From the NCBI GenBank assembly GCA_905178155.1, contig CAJINV010000018.1:192479-256478 (forward strand): a stretch of 64,000 nt of DNA, in the 5' to 3' direction. A model generated the notes under the pieces. It was given only the letters and a program-made list of their open reading frames with translations, was not told the origin of the DNA and searched no databases. The stretch is from Amoebophrya sp. A120 (lineage: Eukaryota; Protista; Dinoflagellata). Below are positions 39,901 through 51,900 of this stretch, one piece after another (positions within the stretch are counted from its first letter, which is position 1; each line of letters starts with the position of its first letter). Made by a program: the position numbers and the translations under genes.

Positions 39901-42900
39901 CCTTGCACTTGTCGGCTCGAGAAGTACAAGCTTTTACAGTGTGCATGAAAAATGCAAGCTTTACAGTTTGCTATGATTTCCAGCATGACAGATCTCGCCT
40001 CTCCTTATTTTCAAATCGCGATGCTGCCGCTCATCTTCATCTTGCTTCGGGTAGGGAAACTATCACTCGAAATACAAAGGAAGCTTGTTCGAGCTCCAGA
40101 TCCAGAAGCAAACTGCATTTAATGCAGTTTGCTTCTGAAGCTCGAAGTTTTTATCCAGAAAGCCAACAGTTTGTCATGCAAAACTTGCTTTTGTGCGTGA
40201 AGGCTAGACCACTTCGGGAATTTTTCAAAAAGTGCGACAATTGTAGCACTTTTTAAAAATTTCCGAAGTGGTCTAGCCTTCATGTAGGTGAGATCAGAAT
40301 GCAAATCTGTATCGATCCACATTCGCACCCTGATTCGAGATGAAATGACACCACAAATCCACGATCTGAAGTGACGTGATCATCTGAATTCTCTACACTG
40401 GCTTGGTGCACATTCACCAAGTGATGACAAATGATTTTCATGTTTACCCACCCTGTTTCAGGCTGTCAAGTACTTCTGTACTAGCTGGATAAAGTCCACC
40501 ACGGTGGTGATACATACTAGATTTCTGGTCTTGACTTTTAGTCACTGTGTTCCTCGTCGTGGATTGTTGCGGTACTGCTAACATTCTTGACATCCTTTAA
40601 GCCAAAAGCTCAAAGGGAAAAACACTGAACAACGGGGCAACTGGACAGCATCGCGCTGGGTTGTGTTGTGTGTTTTTGGAACTTTACAGTTTTCAACTTT
40701 TAGGTTTACTGTTTTCACAGTTTGCGCCTTGTAGGTTGATTGATTTACGGTAGTAGTAGTGGCAATTTTTTTGCTGGTTTTTACAATTTTAGAGAAAATT
40801 TTTAGTGGTTTAACCCCTAAAATTTACCCCTTAAAACTAATGGACGGCTGGTCCTTTACTGAGGTCGTGTACGATCTTGGCGCGCGTCTTTTGTACCGCG
40901 CGGGCAGTCATAAGACTGTGCTGGTAACGGACGAGTTCTACTCTTCCAAAAATTGCCGGGTGGTTTACAACCTGTATCAGAAATTGTGTCACATTTGTCT
41001 CAATTTTGCGACTTTAGGTCCTGCCAAGGTTCAGTTGTATCTTAATCTCGCTCGCACCACGATGGCGCAGTTTAAGATGGAGCTTCCTACCTTCAACGGT
41101 AAGGATGCGGGTCAGTTTTCTTCGTGGTTGTACAAGATGAGTCTCATCCTGAACTGCTACGGAGAGGATGTCGTAGAGTACGTGAACAACACCGCTCTTG
41201 GCATTGCGACCAATGTTCAACTGACCGCGGAACAGGTTGAAAAGTTGAACCAGCTGGCTGCTCACGTTGTTACTAAACTCGACGGGGAACCGTTGCAGTT
41301 GGTTACGACCGAGCATGCCACTGACCTTCCGAACATCTTGCGCGTGTTAGTGGGCAAGTACCGGAGCCAGGTCGCGTCTTCTCGTTTTTCCGCCCTGACT
41401 CAGTTGCTTACCAGCAGCAAGAAGACGGACGAAAGCGTGGAGGGGTACTACGCTCGTAAGTCCAATTACCTGCGTAACGACCTGGGTGGTACCATCACGA
41501 CAAACGAACTGTTGTTGTTTGGTATCGTCGGCGGCTTGGATGACAAATCCAAAAAGTTGGTTACTCCGCTCCTGGCGATGAATGCTTCCACTTTGCAAAT
41601 CGTGGGCACTCTTCGTGAACAGGAGGCGCAGGACAAGGCTGCTCCGAAGCAGGTTACCGAGCACGTCTTGGTGACTAGCAAAAAGGAAGAGCAGGCGCAG
41701 GCACAGCGTATTGTCGACAAGGCAGTTGCTATGATTGCGAAGAAGTTTCCGAACGTTCGCAAGCAGGACGAAAAGGGTAGCCAGCTTAAGTGCTGGACTT
41801 GTGGTGGCAATCACAAAAAGTCCGACTGTCCCAAACGCAAAGCGGGGCAGAACAACAAAGGAAACGGCAAGCAAGGCAAAGACAAGAAAGATTACGAGAG
41901 AAATAGTTTGTATCTTTTGCATGATAGTAGTTCTAGTAGCTCTGTAGCAGCGCCCAGCGCTGTGGTTTGCATGGCAATGGCTGGCACGGCTTCGGCCTGT
42001 GTTAGTGTTCTCACGGTGAAAAGTGAGGGGGATAGGGATTCTGGGGGGGTTTTGTCCCTCTCTGGGGTTCTGGATTCGGGGGCTTCGGATCACACGTGCG
42101 GGGAGCGCGGTGCATTCGAAGAAATCTCGAATGAAGAAGTTACAATGAAGGTTGCCGATCGTGTTTTGGATGTCAAAGCACGGCGCGGCATCTTCAAGGG
42201 TAACACGGTGGGACTCCGGTTGGGGTTGTATCATCCTGACATCGCCGGACTGCTAATCTCGGTTGGCAGACTGGAGGACGATGGCAGGAAGATAGTTTTT
42301 GATGGCCCGAAGAGCGGCGTGCTCGACAAGGCCTCGGGGGATTGGGTCGGCTTCGGTCGGGTCAATCGGCTCCCGGTGCTCCCTGTCGAGTTCGTCGAGA
42401 ATTCTTCAGTGGTCAAAGTGTGTGTCGATCAGGACACGGAAAAGGGTCTTCATTGCGAGCCCGCTGCGGTTTGTGACAAGCTTTCCGCAGAGGACACTAA
42501 GCTCTGGCATGAGCGGTTTGCACATCTCTCAGTGCATGGCGTCAAGTGCAAGCACTGCGATGCGTGCGCAATGATGAAAGGCAGAGTGCCTGGGCATCAG
42601 GCTGCTCGGCCTGAGCATCTGAAGGCTAAGGAATTCGCTGACGAAGTCTCTTGGGATTTTGTTGGGCCTTTTCCTGTTTCCTTTTCAGGAAACAAGTGGT
42701 CTCTGAATGCGGTGGACGAATTGACGTCCTGGCCCTTTTGCTACCCATGCAAGGAAAAGGGAGAAGCTGGGTCCAAGCTTGAGTTGTTTTGCCAAACGGT
42801 GAAGCCGCCCAAGCGGGTACGGGCTGACAACGCTCCCGAGTTCAAGGGGCAGAATACGAAGTGGAGACAGGTTGCGGCTGAGCAACGGCCTCCCACTATC

Positions 42901-45900
42901 GTGGATTATTCTGCGCCCTACACTCCACAGCAGAATGGTAAGGTGGAACGTTGGAACCAAACTTCGTGTAACGCGGTGCGTTGCATTCTGCATGGTGTAG
43001 ACCTACGCTGTTGGGACTATGCCTACAGGTTTGTGGCGTACGTGTTTGCTCGCGTGTCACGGAAGGGTCCAAAAAGTTCGCCCTACTTCAAGAGGCACGG
43101 TCGCGAAGCGTCGACCAAGCATTTCCGTCGTTTCGGATGCCTGGCCTACGCTAAGCAGCATGTCCCTGGTGGAAAGCTGGACGCTAAATACGTCCGCGGT
43201 GTGTTTCTTGGTTATGGAACTGAGAACAGCACTTACCTAGTTGGCACTTGGGTGCAAGACAACAGGTGTGCGGACGGAATTCGTTTTTCCGTGATCGAAT
43301 GCCGGGCGTGCGCATTTGATGAGTCAATTACAATCGGGAAGATTGAGGACTTGCAAAAGTTCAGTAAAGGCACTTTTGTCCCGTATACACTGCCCGACGC
43401 GCTCGGTGACTCCATTTTCGAGGAAAAGAGTCAGGTGGCCCCAGGTGAGTCTGATCCCTCGCCTGCTGGTGCTTCTGATGTTCCCGAGGGAGGTGGTTCC
43501 GTGACGGAGGGTAAGAATACAGTCGAAACTTCTGACATGCTGGATGACACTCCTCCAGAGGAGCAGCAGGAGGAAAATTTGATCGATGACGAGGTCGCGC
43601 CGGAGGCTATTGATCTTGAGGCGGAGAATCAGGCTGGTCCTGAGGCTCCTGCTGAGGACGATCAACCACCTGTCGACCCGGCCCCTGTCGGTCAAGATTT
43701 ACCTGCAGCGCCTCAGGCGGATTCTGGTAATGTTGTGAAGAAGAAACGGGGACGAAAGCCCGGGACCAAGGCTCAGCCACACTGGCGCAAGCCAGGCCGT
43801 AAACCTAAACAGGTCGCGGCAAAGGCAAAAGCAGCTCCAAAGCGCCAGCCTGCTGGTGCGGATTTGGTGCAGATGCTTTTGGCTGAGGTGAAGCTCAAGA
43901 ATTCTTCGCCTGAAGCTCTTAAGCTAACGCGCAAGGCTTCAGGGGGGGCAGAAGAATTTTCTGCAAAGAGACGGAAAGAGTCACCCTCGGAGGATGAATC
44001 CGGATTGACGTCGTCTTTGCAGGGTGCAGTGCTTACAGTATCTGCGGAGGATCCTGATTTACAGGAGGCAGCAGCTTCGTACTGCTCCGCCTTAGATGAG
44101 GTTTCCATTGAGTTCCAAGTGATGGTCACTAAGAAGTCAGCTTTCAGCGGTCCGGATGCGACCAAGTGGATCGAGGCTGATACACTTGAACGCACCCGAC
44201 TCGAGGCCCTGAAATGCTGGAGGCCTTTACGTGAGGGAGAATTCGATCCGGCCACGGACGAAGTTATTCCTGCGGTTTGCATCTACTCCCGCAAGCGGTG
44301 TGGTAGGTACAAGTGTAGACTTGTGGCGCTGGGCAACCGGCAGAGACAAGTTTTCTCGCATGAGGTTTACTCTCCCACTATTTCAGGGGGGGCCAATAGG
44401 TTTCTACTCGTAGAAGCGGCGGCCCAGGGACATCACCTGCGTCAGTTCGACGTCACTAATGCCTTCATCCAGGCGGCGTTGACTGATGAGAGGGTGATCG
44501 TTCGGCTTCCAGCACACTGGAGCAAGTCGCCGAAAGGAGACTTGGTGATGCTGCTCAAGTCGCTCTATGGCTTGAGGATAGCCCCACGGAAATGGTATGA
44601 CCGCTTTTCCAAGGGTCTGAAGTCGCTCGGTTGGGTGATGTGTCCCAGGGAGCCCGGGTTGTTCCGAAAGGAATTGCCTAGCGGCACCATCACGATGGCC
44701 ATCTTCGTGGATGATTCTTTGATGTCTGGTCCGTGTCCCAAGATTCTGGACGAGGAGATGTCAAAGGTCCTGAAATTGTTTCCCGGTACGATCATCGCTC
44801 CAGAAATGGACGGAGACGTGGAGACTCGAGATGTTCTCGGTATGGTCGTCAAGTATGACAGGCCGAAGCGATGGCTGAAGATGTCCATGGAGCAGGCTGT
44901 GAGCAAATTGCTCAAGAAGTTCAATATGGATGACTGCAAGCCTGCACCTTCGCCCTGTGTGGCTGGCGATCTGCGTGAAGGGGGTTCGGCTGAGTCCTTC
45001 CCACTTCGGTCGTTGGTCGGGGGTGTGCAATACATCGCGCACCAGACGCGGCCTGACATTGTCTTCGCTACCCAACGCGTGGCAAGGGGTCAGGAAGCGC
45101 CGACTACTTCTGCGGTAAAGGCAGGCAAACGGATTTTAGCATATCTGAAGGGCACGAAAGACCAAGGTCTTGAGTACTCTCCAGAGATCGAACGCCAGTG
45201 GCGTGAGACCTATGCTGAAATCGCGAAGAACGGTGGCCATGAGTTGCCGGACACTGTTGCTTTCAGTGATAGTGACTTCGCGGGGTGCACTGCAACACTG
45301 CGCAGCACCAGTGGGTCGATTCTCTATCACAGAGGCGTCCCGATTGCATGGAGTTGCAAGCGTCAAACGGTTAAGGCGCTCAGCACCTGCGAGGCTGAGT
45401 ATGTCGCAACCTTTGACACGATCAAGCTATCCTTGGGGCAAGGGTATCTGGATTGGTTCCTGGTTGATAGGAGTTTACCTCTTACGTTTGTGGACAATCG
45501 TAGCGCCCTGGATTTGGCCAAGTCGTCACTGGTGACGAAACGGTCGAAGCACATAGAACTTCGGTTCCATGTGGTTCGGGATCACTCTCGTGACCTGTGT
45601 TGGGTTCCCACTGCGGCCAATAAGGCTGACCCATTGACGAAGGCGCTTCCTTCGGCTGCCTATCTTAGGTTCTTTCATCCGTCCCAACAGGATGATGGGG
45701 GGTCGGATTCCGGGTCGGAATCTGAATCGTTTGCATGATGCTAGGGGGCATTGACACTAGAACTACTTACAAAGAAAATTTCTCGTAATTTCCGCTCCAT
45801 ATTGGCTAGACGCACCGTAGCCATGTTCCGAAAGGGTACCAGTTCGCCGCAGCACTGGCCGAAACCGAAGAAGAAGAGGAGAAGAAGAAAGACGCATGTA

Positions 45901-48900
45901 GTTCAAGGCAACTATGTGGTCTAAACCAATTTTACTACCACTACTACTGTAATCAGGTGCTGTCCTGATGAAAATCAGATGCTATTCTGATTGGTTCCAA
46001 TCACACCCACGGTCTTGGTGTGATGTTTGACAAGAAAAAATTCGTGGTGAATTTTGTCGGTTGTCTTCAGTAGTTTCGACTGAGGGGGGGAATGTAGGTG
46101 AGATCAGAATGCAAATCTGTATCGATCCACATTCGCACCCTGATTCGAGATGAAATGACACCACAAATCCACGATCTGAAGTGACGTGATCATCTGAATT
46201 CTCTACACTGGCTTGGTGCACATTCACCAAGTGATGACAAATGATTTTCATGTTTACCCACCCTGTTTCAGGCTGTCAAGTACTTCTGTACTAGCTGGAT
46301 AAAGTCCACCACGGTGGTGATACATACTAGATTTCTGGTCTTGACTTTTAGTCACTGTGTTCCTCGTCGTGGATTGTTGCGGTACTGCTAACACTTCACG
46401 CAAAGTCAAGTTTTTCTTTTAGAATTAAATTAATTTTCGCCCGCCAGAAGCTGGTGTAGAAGGTGGTGGAGAAGCTGGCGCGGAAGCTGGTGTTGAAGTT
46501 GGCAATGTATTGTCAACTTCAGCAGCAGCTTCTGCGCCTTTTTCTACACTACTTCTTCTACGCCAACGTCTGGTGGACTGCAAAAAGTGATTTAATAGCA
46601 TAGAAAGAAAAGCGCCTGGACTTCTGGACTTGCTCTTCCACCAGCAGCTGCTGCTGGAAGTTGGTCTTCCAGCATACCATCGCCCGAAAGACGATAGTAT
46701 GCTGGATAAATGCGGGCTTCTTCTTCACAATTCGAAGCATTTTTGCATGACGCATGCAAACTTTTGTAGGTGTCATGCAAAATGCGACGAGTGAAAGAGA
46801 GCAGCGTCCTCCGGAACGAGAAAAAGCTCTAGAGTGAGCTCGCACTATCTGAAGAACAGTGGGCGAGCTTGCTTTTTCCCCTCGCCCTTATCATTAACTA
46901 CCTTCGGCACCGGCTTCGGGGGCACCAGCTTCGGCACCAGCTTCGGCACTAGCTTCAGCACCAGCTTCGGCACTAGCTTCAGCACCAGCTTCGGCACCAG
47001 CCTCACCACCAACCTCAGCACCAGCTTTTTTGCACCTTCTGCCAATTTTTTTTGGCGTTTACCCTACCCCCTGGGCACATTTGCACTTGATAAAAAGTTT
47101 GTGATGCTGATTTGTGGCCACAAATCCTGTCTCTCTTGCAAGAAGGCAAGTCCAAAGCATCCGCCGCCTTATGGAGGCGATTTGTAATGCTGTTTCACCT
47201 TCATGGCAGGCCTTTGTTACGCTAGGCGCGGCCTACAACAGTCCACCCCTACGCAGGCTGAGGCTTTGCCTGCGGTGCCACATTGCAAGACAGGGATGAT
47301 TTGTGTACACAAATCCAGCAACAGAAGTTTCCGTTCCAATAGGGGGAGGGGGGATTTTTCACTTTGATATCGACGGAGGCAGGCGGGGGGATTCCCTTCG
47401 GAACGCTTTGCCTATTTCCGTGCTTCTTCTCTTGCCCCGCTTGCTGGTCTTGTTGGTGTAAGAAGTCGAAATCCCTCTCCCCGGCCTTTACCAAATACCA
47501 CACACGGAAATTTTGCGCCGGGTGGATCAGTATCGAATGCAAAAATGTCTGGGTCTGGAAGATTCTGAGACTTTTCCTGCACGTTTTGCATGATCCATGA
47601 TGTCTCTGATGCATGCCCTAGCGTCACAACTTTTTTTGAGGGCTTCTTGATGCCTATTTCGCATGACAAATGCCCTTTCCGCGTAGCAAAAATGCGTTCC
47701 CTTTGCTGCTCATGCAATCAAGATTTTTTTGGAATCCAAATGCAGCATCACAAGAACCAACCTTCCAGACCCAGACATATTTGCATTTGATAATCAGGTC
47801 GGACGCTTCGAACACCCGAATGTTGGACGGATCTTTCATAGAGCTGTGGACGTTCTTTTTCGCATCCTGGAACAGCCTGCACTTACAAACTTCCCGCATG
47901 AAGTTCGGCTCTAACCTATGCGCTGCGGTTTTGTCCAGCATGGTCGCTTTGAACAGTTCCTGGTCGGCTCTGTCGGTAATCACTGCTTTCGTGTGGTCCA
48001 ATGGCACCTTGCCATTCTTTACGACACCGGTGCCGTGCGGCCTCCACTGGACGCTCTGACTCGGGGACAGAATATCGTATTGCTCGTACCTGCACTCCTG
48101 GACTTGGCAAGCGGTGATGCGGAGATATTCCTCCTCCTCCTCGTCGGGTTGTACTCGTCCCTGGTCCATTTTCTGCATCGCTTCAATCGCAGTTTTCTCG
48201 TCTTTGTTGTTCAACAACTGCAACATGGTCCGCTGGTGTCTGGGTGCAACGAGAGCCATCTCTTTAGTCCTCGTTTTATCCGGTAGATCACCATAACCGC
48301 CAGTGAGTTCATGGGTCGTCGGCCTATACTGGTAAAAGGACCTGTGGTCCTGGTCGCGCATGATGGTACTGCCCTTCCTATCATATGGAAAAACGTCCCC
48401 CCCCGACCATAGTCAAGTTGGAAAATCTGCAACACAAATCTAGAACTTGTGCGAAACACGCATGACAAGTTTTTCTCTGTATTCTAGTGCAGGTTGGCAA
48501 GGGCAGCTGCATAGCAAATCCATCTCCTCATCCTGTTTACAGCATTACAAATTCCAAAACAAGGCTGAATATGCCTCTCATGGGGATGCGCATTGCAAAC
48601 GTTCCTGCAATTGCAAATCTGCATGACAAATCTGGGGTCGCGGGGACATTTCTGCTCGGGATACTTCCCCGTCAACCTTCCGTCCGGCTGGAACCGTCTC
48701 TGGGTGTCGTCTATCCTGTGCAAAAGTATCGCACTCGTATTGGAATCATGCATTACAAATTTTTTTCTTAAGGGAAATCCGCATTACAAATTTTACTTCT
48801 TATGCTGAGGAAATTTGTAATGCATTTATACAAGTACGATACTTTTGCAGTTCATATCGTCGGACTCGGAGCTGAAGTTTATGCATTGCAAATATGTCAT

Positions 48901-51900
48901 CTGAGTCCTCTGGAACACAACAACTGCACCTTGTCATGCAAAGTCCGGTTCTCACAAAAATTTGTCTTGCGTGATTGCCAAAAGTTCTTGTCCACTTTTG
49001 ACCAAGTGTACTAAAGGCAGTTTCTCATGGAGGAAAGGCATGATAGTACACAGTTTCTCATGGAGGAAAGGCATGTACTACAGACAGTGTCTCATGGAGG
49101 AAAGGATCTCACAGTAGAATCTGTCATGCGAGGCCCTGCATGGCAGACCTCATGGGAGATGGAAAACCTGCATGACAAGTCTTGCAATCTTCCAGACTGA
49201 GACATATTTGCAGTTGATAAAGTTGTTCTCGAACCAATCCTTGGCGTTAACCTGCCAATCTAACGGGATTGGCACGTTCGGTATCGTGAGAAAAAAGTGT
49301 TACAGCTACACAGTCTGATGGGAGACAAGCAAGACAGACAACCTCTGTCATGCAGGAAATGCTTGCCAGCCTCAGTTCATTGGTGTTTTCCCTTAGAGTC
49401 TGCGCATCACAGGTTTATGTCTTAGCCATGTCGTCGAGGAAGTTTGTGATGCAGAAAGTCCAACAAATGTGTAATCGTAACACTTTTATTTTCCTGTGAT
49501 ATTCGTGTCCTTCAACTCAATCATTTTTTGCCAATACCGGTCGTCGAGCAAATATCCCGTGTAAAAACATCCCCACCCCACACTTGTCATGCAATTCTGC
49601 ATGTCAAAAAAGTTTCTCATGCGGGACCCTATGCGAAGCATTCTCTATTCGTGTCTTGGAATTTGTGATGCTAGAAGCAGCATGCTATGCTAGGTCTGTG
49701 TTGCTGCTGACCTATCTAAAACAGGAATACACTACGAGGAAAAACTTGTCATGCCGAACAACTAAAGCTGGTTGATTTGTCTAGCAGATTTCCCATCTTG
49801 ACTTTTAGGGTGTGGGGACGTTTTTAATCAGGATAGCAAATTCCACTTGATCATAAACAGGTTTTTGTCGTAATGCGGGAGCAACTCTGATTTCACGTCG
49901 TCGTACGCGATTTTGGAAATGTTGTTGCACTGCTTGGCATAAAATTTCACCAACTTGCATTGCTTCGTCGGGTATGAAATGCAAAAGCGTCTGGGTCTGG
50001 AAGAGTGTCAACTTGTCATGCAGGTTTTCCATGACCCTTGAGGTCTGGAATGCGGGACCTAGCATGACAGAGGCTGTGAGGTCTCTTTCATGCCTATCCT
50101 GCATGAGAAACTTCCTCCCAACTTGGTCGAAAGTGAACAGCTTTTGGCACTCATGCAACACAGGTTTTTGCATGATTCGCCTTTAGCATGACAAGTTGCA
50201 ATCTTCCAGACCCACACATTTTTGCAATCCATATCGGGTCTTTCAGCTCCTGCTCCTTCCGGAAAACGCGAGACGCTATCCAAGAAAAAAACTGTGTAAG
50301 TGTAACTTTGTGTTGCAGACGACGCAACACAATTACCCCTGTCATGCTGGACATGCATCAGAGGCTCTCTTCTTACGTGTTTTCACGTACTAGCTGCGCA
50401 TGACCGGCTTTCTGTCTCATGCAGAGCAAACTTGTGATGCTGTTCCTCCAAGAAAGTTACACTTACACAGTTTTTTCCTGCGATAGACGCGTTTTGATGC
50501 CTAGTGCTCCCCCTCGCGTTGTTCGTGATACGGTCCGAAGCTTGCCAAAGGCGGTCTTGCCGCATGTAGTTGGAGCGGGAGTGTTCCAAGTTCACGATGA
50601 TTTCGGACAGTTTCGCGTAGGATATCATTTGTAAAAACGTCCCCACCCCAGAGTTGTAATGCAAATCTGCATGCTGAAAATGTTTCTCATGTCGAGATCC
50701 ACGAGAAGCAGTTTAGCAGTTTCTAGTCGTGGTTTGGGCTTTGTGATGCTAGAACCAGCCTGATATGCCAGATCTGTGATGCTGCTGAACAAGCTAGACA
50801 GGATTACACTACGAGGGCAATCCTGTCATGCGAAACAACCAAAGCTGGTGGATTTGTCTTGCAGATTTCCCAACTTGACTCTGGTGTGGGGACGTTTTTA
50901 CTTAGGATATAGGAAGCTGGCGACTTCGATTCCAGCGCCTTCATCGCCTCTTGCTGCTTGGTGGCAGTGTTGTAGGTATCCAGCCTCGCAACTTTGGCGA
51001 CGTCGTAACCGAGCGAAGAGCCCCCGACGCGCTTGAGAGAATTTTTGATGCCGATGTGGGAAACCACCCGGCGGGCTTCCAACGCGTCAATGGCTCGCTT
51101 CCCGAAGTTGTTCTGCATAAAATCCTGCTTCCAGTTGTTGGTCGTCCCGGATTGTTGGTCGTAGCCCTGTATCAACTGCAAATATGTCTGGGTCCTCTGG
51201 AAGAGCTCAAGTTTGTCATGCACATTTTGCATAATCCATGATATCTGTGCTGACGTATGCAGCTCTAGCATCACAGATTTTCTGAGGCCTTCCTGAAGAT
51301 GCCGATCCCGCATAAGAAATGCCCTCTACTACGCATAGCAAGAGCTGGACTCGTCTACTTCCGGATCATGCAAGACAAATATTTTTAGAATCCAAAGGCA
51401 GCATCATAAGTTGCATCCTTCCAGAGGACCCAGATCGATATTTGCAATGCATACCCTGCTTCAACCCCCGGTCACGATCACCGATCAGGAAGGAATAGAA
51501 GATCTCTTCGAACAACTTCAAATCTTCGTGCTATCAAATGCAAATATGTCTGGGTCTGGATGATTGCGAGACTTGTCATGCATATTCTCCATAATCCACG
51601 ATGTCTGTGATGCATGCCGTAACATCACAGATCTTTCGAGGGCTACTTTGTGATACCTCTACCGCATGAGAAATCATGCCCTCTCCGCGTAGCACAAACT
51701 GGAGTTGCCCACTTCCCGGTCATGCAATACAAATCTTTTATGGAATCCAGAGACAGCATCACAAGTTTAGAGTCTTCCAGAACAAGCAGACATATTTGCA
51801 ATGCATACGTGGGCGATTTTCGCCAAATCCGAGACTTTGACCTCGACAATGCCGGATAAAATGTAGGTGTCCTTCTGCGCCATATCCAAATCTCTTTGTA

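Larger units (their letters stand above)
40283..46393 (+). mobile_element. Full-length Ty1/copia LTR retrotransposon
   Basis: TG...CA LTRs, TSD cttca, polypurine tract, gag-PR-IN-RT-RH order. Confidence 0.97.
39538..47092. mobile_element. Non-autonomous TIR element (family J, ~1.44 kb without copia)
   Basis: TATCCTGTGCAAATGTGCCCAGGGGGTAGG...CCTACCCCCTGGGCACATTTGCACTTGATA; DR aaaag. Confidence 0.88.
39485..47369. mobile_element. Introner family B expanded to 7.9 kb by nested insertions
   Basis: Family B TIRs; DR tcgac; flanking exons join in frame (SV|EDLKPLG). Confidence 0.88.

Noticed and set aside
39608-40256. Short ORFs in element J as a candidate transposase
   Set aside because: Under 135 aa, no DDE or tyrosine-recombinase motif, and overlapping palindromes.
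40759-41061. GTG start and N-terminal 101 aa of the copia ORF
   Set aside because: Probably untranslated leader. Gag-like sequence begins at ATG 41062 (MAQFKMELPTFNGKD); ATG 40840 cannot be excluded.
46834-47187. ORFs with (TSFG)n or (KLVP)n repeats
   Set aside because: Translation of a 12-bp tandem repeat within element J.
49018-49105. Triplicated ~25-bp unit inside an introner
   Set aside because: Local slippage duplication seen in one copy only; no sign of function.
49805-50173. Listed minus ORF frame as the exon frame at 49836-49972
   Set aside because: That frame hits a stop after splicing. The alternative frame (PTKQCKLVKFYAKQC...) is continuous with both neighbours.
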